A DNA stretch of 64,000 nucleotides from NCBI RefSeq assembly GCF_044324875.1, contig NZ_CP172185.1; one strand, 5' to 3'. The position numbers and the translations under genes are program-made. Of the stretch, positions 60,059-64,000 are shown one piece after another (the stretch's first letter is position 1; each line of letters begins with the position of its first letter). The notes under the pieces were generated by a model. That model searched no databases. It saw only the letters and a program-made list of their open reading frames with translations, and was not told the DNA's origin. This DNA comes from Escherichia coli. Lineage in GTDB: Bacteria; Pseudomonadota; Gammaproteobacteria; Enterobacterales; Enterobacteriaceae.

Positions 60059-60360
60059 CGCTTCCGGGGATGCGTTTTCTGATGATGCTGGCGCTCAGGA
60101 TGGGGCGCACATTGTCAGAATTACGCCGGGAAATGTCCGCATCAGAAATCATGATGTGGGCAGAATTTGACAGGTTCAGCCCGCTGGGGGACGAACGGGC
60201 TGATATCCGGGCTGCCCAGATAGTTTCTGCGGTTTACGGTGCGCAGGGTGTCAAAGTACCACTGAATGACGCGCTTCTTCAGTGGGAACAAGAGCTGACA
60301 GAAGGCGCCTCAGATCCATTTGCCGGACTGGAAAACGCGCTTTTAACCGTGTCTCAGTGA
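60055..60360 (+). CDS. Tail assembly chaperone extension (gpT-like), predicted to be reached by -1 frameshift
   Basis: Downstream ORF is in the -1 frame relative to the gpG-like gene and open from the slip site. Confidence 0.5.
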   Translation, partial: VALPGMRFLMMLALRMGRTLSELRREMSASEIMMWAEFDRFSPLGDERADIRAAQIVSAVYGAQGVKVPLNDALLQWEQELTEGASDPFAGLENALLTVSQ

Positions 60361-60400
60361 GTCAACATAACCGCTTCGGCGGTTTTTTTTCGTCCGGAGA

Positions 60401-63400
60401 GTGAGTGTGGCGACATTACGTGAACTGATTATTAAAATCTCGGCAAATTCCCGGTCATTCCAGTCAGAGATCTCCCGGGCTTCGCGTATGGGGCAGGATT
60501 ACTACCGTACCATGCAGAACGGAGGCCGACAGTCCGCTGCTGTATCCCATGAAATGCGGCGTGCACTGGCAGAAGTGACGGATCAGATAAATACAGCTAA
60601 ATCTTCGGCACTGAACATGGCGGGGGCATTTGCCGGGGCTTTTGCTACCGGTCATCTTATTTCTCTCGCCGATGAGTGGAATTCAGTAAATGCCCGTCTG
60701 AAGCAGGCCTCACAGTCCAGTGATGATTTTCAGTCATCACAGCGTGAATTAATGGCGATCAGCCAGAGAACGGGGACGGCTTTTTCTGATAACGCCAGCC
60801 TTTTTGCCCGCTCTGCAGCTTCCATGCGGGAGTATGGTTACAGTTCTGAGGAGGTACTGAAAGTCACCGAGGCGATCTCCACGGGCCTGAAATTATCCGG
60901 TGCCAGTACAGCAGAAGCCAGTTCGGTGATCACGCAGTTCAGTCAGGCTCTGGCGCAGGGAGTGCTGCGCGGTGAAGAGTTTAACTCGGTGAATGAGAGT
61001 GGCGATCGTGTTATTCGTGCTCTGGCTGCGGGAATGGGAGTTGCCCGTAAGGATCTGAAGGCCATGGCGGATAACGGAAAGTTGACCGCCGATAAGGTTG
61101 TTCCTGCACTGATTAGTCAGCTTGGGGCATTACGTGATGAATATGCGGCAATGCCTGATACGGTTTCATCCTCTGCAACCAAAGTTGAAAACGCCTTTAT
61201 GGCCTGGGTTGGTGGTGCGAACGAGGCAAGCGGAGTGACGAAGACGCTCTCCGGTGTGCTGAATGGTATTGCAGGCAATATTGACACCGTGGCAACCGCT
61301 GCCGGTGCTCTGGTTGCCGTCGGGGTAGCCCGATATTTTGGCAATATGGCGTCGTCTGCTGGATCTGCAACTGCCGGATTAATTACTGCAGCCAGAAACG
61401 AAGTGGCTCTTGCTGAAGTGCAACTTCGGGGGACACAGATAGCAACCGCCAGGGCGCGTGCGGCGGTTTATCGTGCGCAACAGGCGGTTGTTGCTGCTCG
61501 CGGTACCGAAAGGCAGGCCGCAGCAGAAGCGAAGCTGACAGCTGCCCAGGCGTCACTTACCCGTAATATTGCGGCCAGAACAGCGGCACAGACAACGCTG
61601 AATAATGTTACGTCAGTGGGGAGTCGTTTATTAAGTGGCGCGCTGGGGCTGGTTGGTGGTGTGCCGGGGCTTGTCATGCTGGGGGCTGCGGCCTGGTACA
61701 CGATGTATCAGAATCAGGAGCAGGCCAGAGAATCTGCACGCCAGTATGCCGCAACAATCGACGAAATTCGCCAGAAAACGTCGGCAATGTCGCTTCCTGA
61801 AGCGTCAGATAATGAGGAAAAGACGCGACAGGCACTGAAGGAGCAAAACAGGTTAATTGACGAGCAGAAAAGTAAGATTAAATCCTTACAGGAAAAAATT
61901 GCTGGCTATCAGTATGTGCTGGCAAATCCGGGTTGGACAACCGATAACGGTTTTATGATTAACCACATGACGTCGGTAAAAACTGTCACAGAAGGGCTTG
62001 CAGAAGCAACAAATCAACTGGCAGTTGAACAGTCTCGCCTCACTCAAATGCAGGGCAAAGCGCAATCCATTCAGGATGTGCTTGCCGGGCTGGAGGAGCG
62101 ACGGGTGGCGTTGATCCGTCAACAGGCAGCGGAACAAAACAAAGCGTATCAGTCCCTGTTGATCATGAATGGGCAGCATACCGAGTTTAATCGCCTTCTC
62201 GGGCTCGGTAATGAATTACTTCAGCAGCGACAGGGGCTGGTGAATGTACCGTTACGGCTACCACAGGCAACCCTGGATGATAAACAGCAGACCGCACTGA
62301 ATAACAGCGAGCGCGAACTGGCTCTGTCCCGCCTGAAGGGGGAAGCCCGTGAGCGTGCCCGCCTGGGTTATGCTGCGGATGATCTCGGCTTTGTGGGAGA
62401 GGCGTATCAGACAGCAAGACTGAATTATATAAATAACTCACTGGATGCATGGCGAAATAACCAGGCAAATAAACCCAAAGCGCATAAAAAGACCGAAGCG
62501 GAAAAAACAGAAGATACTTATAAGCGACTGATTAAACAGCAAAAAGAGCAAATAGCACTGGCAGGGCAGAATACTGAACTGGCTAAGATGAAATATCAGG
62601 TCAGCAAGGGCGAATTATCAACCCTGTCAGAAGCGCAGAAAAAAACGCTTTTGCAGAATGCAGCACTCATCGACCAGAAAAAGATTCGTGAGCAGCTTGC
62701 TGCGTATGAGAGCAGTCTGGCGGACAGTAATGCCAGTGTCAGAGCATCAAATGAGGCTCAGTTACTGGGATATGGTGAAGGCTCACGGATGCGTGAACGA
62801 CTTCAGGAAATGTGGAGCATCCGGCAGGAGTTTGAGCAGAAAAATAACGAGCTACTGAGACAGTATCAGGCCGGAGAAATTGAAGAAGCCCTGTGGAAAC
62901 AGGAAAAATCTCTGAATGAAAAATATCTGGAAGAGCGTCTCAGCGATCAGCAGGATTATTATGCAAAGGCTGATGCTTTACGCAGTAACTGGAATGCCGG
63001 ACTCCAGGAGGGACTGACGAACTGGGCAGACAGTGCCACCGATTATGCTTCGCAGGCGGCAGATGCTGTCGTTTCCACTATGGACGGGCTGGTATCAAAT
63101 ATTTCCGATGCACTGGCCGGAAATGTTGTGGACTGGAGAAACTGGGGGAGTTCAATTCTCCAGGAAGTTTCAAAAATTCTGATGAACGCTGCCATCGTTA
63201 ACGGGCTGAAGTCACTTTCCAAAAGCATGTCCGGTGCCGGAGGATGGCTTGGTACAGTCGGCGACTGGCTTTCCGGTGCAGTGGCAAACGCAAAAGGTGG
63301 TGTTTATACATCGGCAAATCTGAGTGCTTACAGTAACACCATTGTGGATACCCCGACGTATTTTGCTTTTGCGAAAGGTGCCGGGCTGATGGGCGAGGCC

Positions 63401-63646
63401 GGGCCTGAAGCTATCATGCCACTGACTCGGGCAGCGGACGGCTCTCTTGGAGTCAGAGCCATTGGCAATGTGAATGGTGGCGGTGGATTTGTTTATTCTC
63501 CCGTGTATCACATCAGCATTCAGAATCAGGGGAGCAATGGCGAGATAGATGCGCGCTCAGCCAGGGGACTGGTGGATCTGATCGACAGCAGGGTTGTGTC
63601 AGTTATGCAGTCATCGCGTCGGGATGGAGGATTGTTGAGTGGGTGA
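60401..63646 (+). CDS. Tail tape measure protein
   Basis: 1081 aa, Ala/Gln-rich with long coiled-coil-like stretches, located after the chaperone pair. Confidence 0.85.
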   Translation: MSVATLRELIIKISANSRSFQSEISRASRMGQDYYRTMQNGGRQSAAVSHEMRRALAEVTDQINTAKSSALNMAGAFAGAFATGHLISLADEWNSVNARLKQASQSSDDFQSSQRELMAISQRTGTAFSDNASLFARSAASMREYGYSSEEVLKVTEAISTGLKLSGASTAEASSVITQFSQALAQGVLRGEEFNSVNESGDRVIRALAAGMGVARKDLKAMADNGKLTADKVVPALISQLGALRDEYAAMPDTVSSSATKVENAFMAWVGGANEASGVTKTLSGVLNGIAGNIDTVATAAGALVAVGVARYFGNMASSAGSATAGLITAARNEVALAEVQLRGTQIATARARAAVYRAQQAVVAARGTERQAAAEAKLTAAQASLTRNIAARTAAQTTLNNVTSVGSRLLSGALGLVGGVPGLVMLGAAAWYTMYQNQEQARESARQYAATIDEIRQKTSAMSLPEASDNEEKTRQALKEQNRLIDEQKSKIKSLQEKIAGYQYVLANPGWTTDNGFMINHMTSVKTVTEGLAEATNQLAVEQSRLTQMQGKAQSIQDVLAGLEERRVALIRQQAAEQNKAYQSLLIMNGQHTEFNRLLGLGNELLQQRQGLVNVPLRLPQATLDDKQQTALNNSERELALSRLKGEARERARLGYAADDLGFVGEAYQTARLNYINNSLDAWRNNQANKPKAHKKTEAEKTEDTYKRLIKQQKEQIALAGQNTELAKMKYQVSKGELSTLSEAQKKTLLQNAALIDQKKIREQLAAYESSLADSNASVRASNEAQLLGYGEGSRMRERLQEMWSIRQEFEQKNNELLRQYQAGEIEEALWKQEKSLNEKYLEERLSDQQDYYAKADALRSNWNAGLQEGLTNWADSATDYASQAADAVVSTMDGLVSNISDALAGNVVDWRNWGSSILQEVSKILMNAAIVNGLKSLSKSMSGAGGWLGTVGDWLSGAVANAKGGVYTSANLSAYSNTIVDTPTYFAFAKGAGLMGEAGPEAIMPLTRAADGSLGVRAIGNVNGGGGFVYSPVYHISIQNQGSNGEIDARSARGLVDLIDSRVVSVMQSSRRDGGLLSG

Positions 63647-63980
63647 ACTTAAAATTTTTAGGTGGCTCCCCAGGGAGGGGATGGAGACGACACGAAAGCC
63701 ATCTGTTATTACGGTAAAGTTCGGTGACGGATATGAACAGCGAAGGGCGGGTGGTCTGAATGCAGATCTGAAAACGTTTAAACCGGTATTTCGTGTCACA
63801 GATGAATATTCCCGCGCAGCACTGGACAGTTTTTTATCCCGTCATGCCGGGGTTCGTGCTTTTTTATGGCGACCACCAAAATACAACAGAACTGTCCGGG
63901 TTGTCTGCAGGGAGTGGAGTATTTCGGATAATGCCATGTATACCGATTTTAGCTGTACCTTTGAAGAGGTTACTCACTGA
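63639..63980 (+). CDS. Minor tail protein (lambda gpM-like)
   Basis: 113 aa; ...VKFGDGYEQRRAGGLNADLKTF...FLWRPP... closely resembles lambda M from memory. Confidence 0.8.
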   Translation: MGELKIFRWLPREGMETTRKPSVITVKFGDGYEQRRAGGLNADLKTFKPVFRVTDEYSRAALDSFLSRHAGVRAFLWRPPKYNRTVRVVCREWSISDNAMYTDFSCTFEEVTH

Positions 63981-64000
63981 TGCAGGATCTACAGCCGCAA

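Larger units (their letters stand above)
32958..64000. mobile_element. Lambdoid prophage integrated at the 3' end of tRNA-Ser (right end beyond window)
   Basis: Integrase reads toward the tRNA; followed by xis, early-left genes, immunity region, replication, accessory region, lysis, terminase and head/tail genes in canonical lambdoid order. Confidence 0.85.

Noticed and set aside
63981-64000. Start of a further tail gene (MQDLQPQ...) at the window edge
   Set aside because: Only about 20 nt are present; probably a lambda L-like minor tail gene but too short to annotate.

Overview
Escherichia coli-type chromosome (about 1..32957) followed by a lambdoid prophage integrated at tRNA-Ser (about 32958 to beyond the window end). 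Host part: a propanediol-utilisation (pdu) microcompartment operon on the minus strand (pduG partial, pduE, D, C, B, A), divergent pduF and pocR, a cobalamin riboswitch-like leader, cobUST, ldtA/erfK, four tRNA-Asn genes interleaved with nac, cbl, yeeO, yeeN, amn, shiA and yeeL, a very large repeat-rich inverse-autotransporter adhesin (yeeJ-like), mtfA and tRNA-Ser. Prophage part: integrase/excisionase, a large exonuclease, Rha-type antirepressor, two tandem paralogous HTH repressors divergent from a Cro-like gene, a Rac-like replication module with in-gene iterons, accessory genes (DUF208/QueH-like, hok-like toxin, lipoprotein, two ParE/RelE-type toxin-antitoxin pairs), RusA, a phage-21-like lysis cassette interrupted by two unknown genes, HNH endonuclease, terminase and an HK97-type head and tail module up to the tape measure and a lambda M-like protein. 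All calls come from reading the sequence and the supplied ORF track against remembered protein families; no database search was run. Refined start coordinates are arithmetic from the ORF track. At the yeeJ 5' end my base-by-base reading disagreed with the track by one base, so individual coordinates may be off by 1-3 nt. I could not identify a single unambiguous undescribed system; the best candidates for follow-up are the unknown gene pair inside the lysis cassette, the QueH-like accessory gene, and the duplicated repressor region with its adjacent ORF-poor structured DNA.
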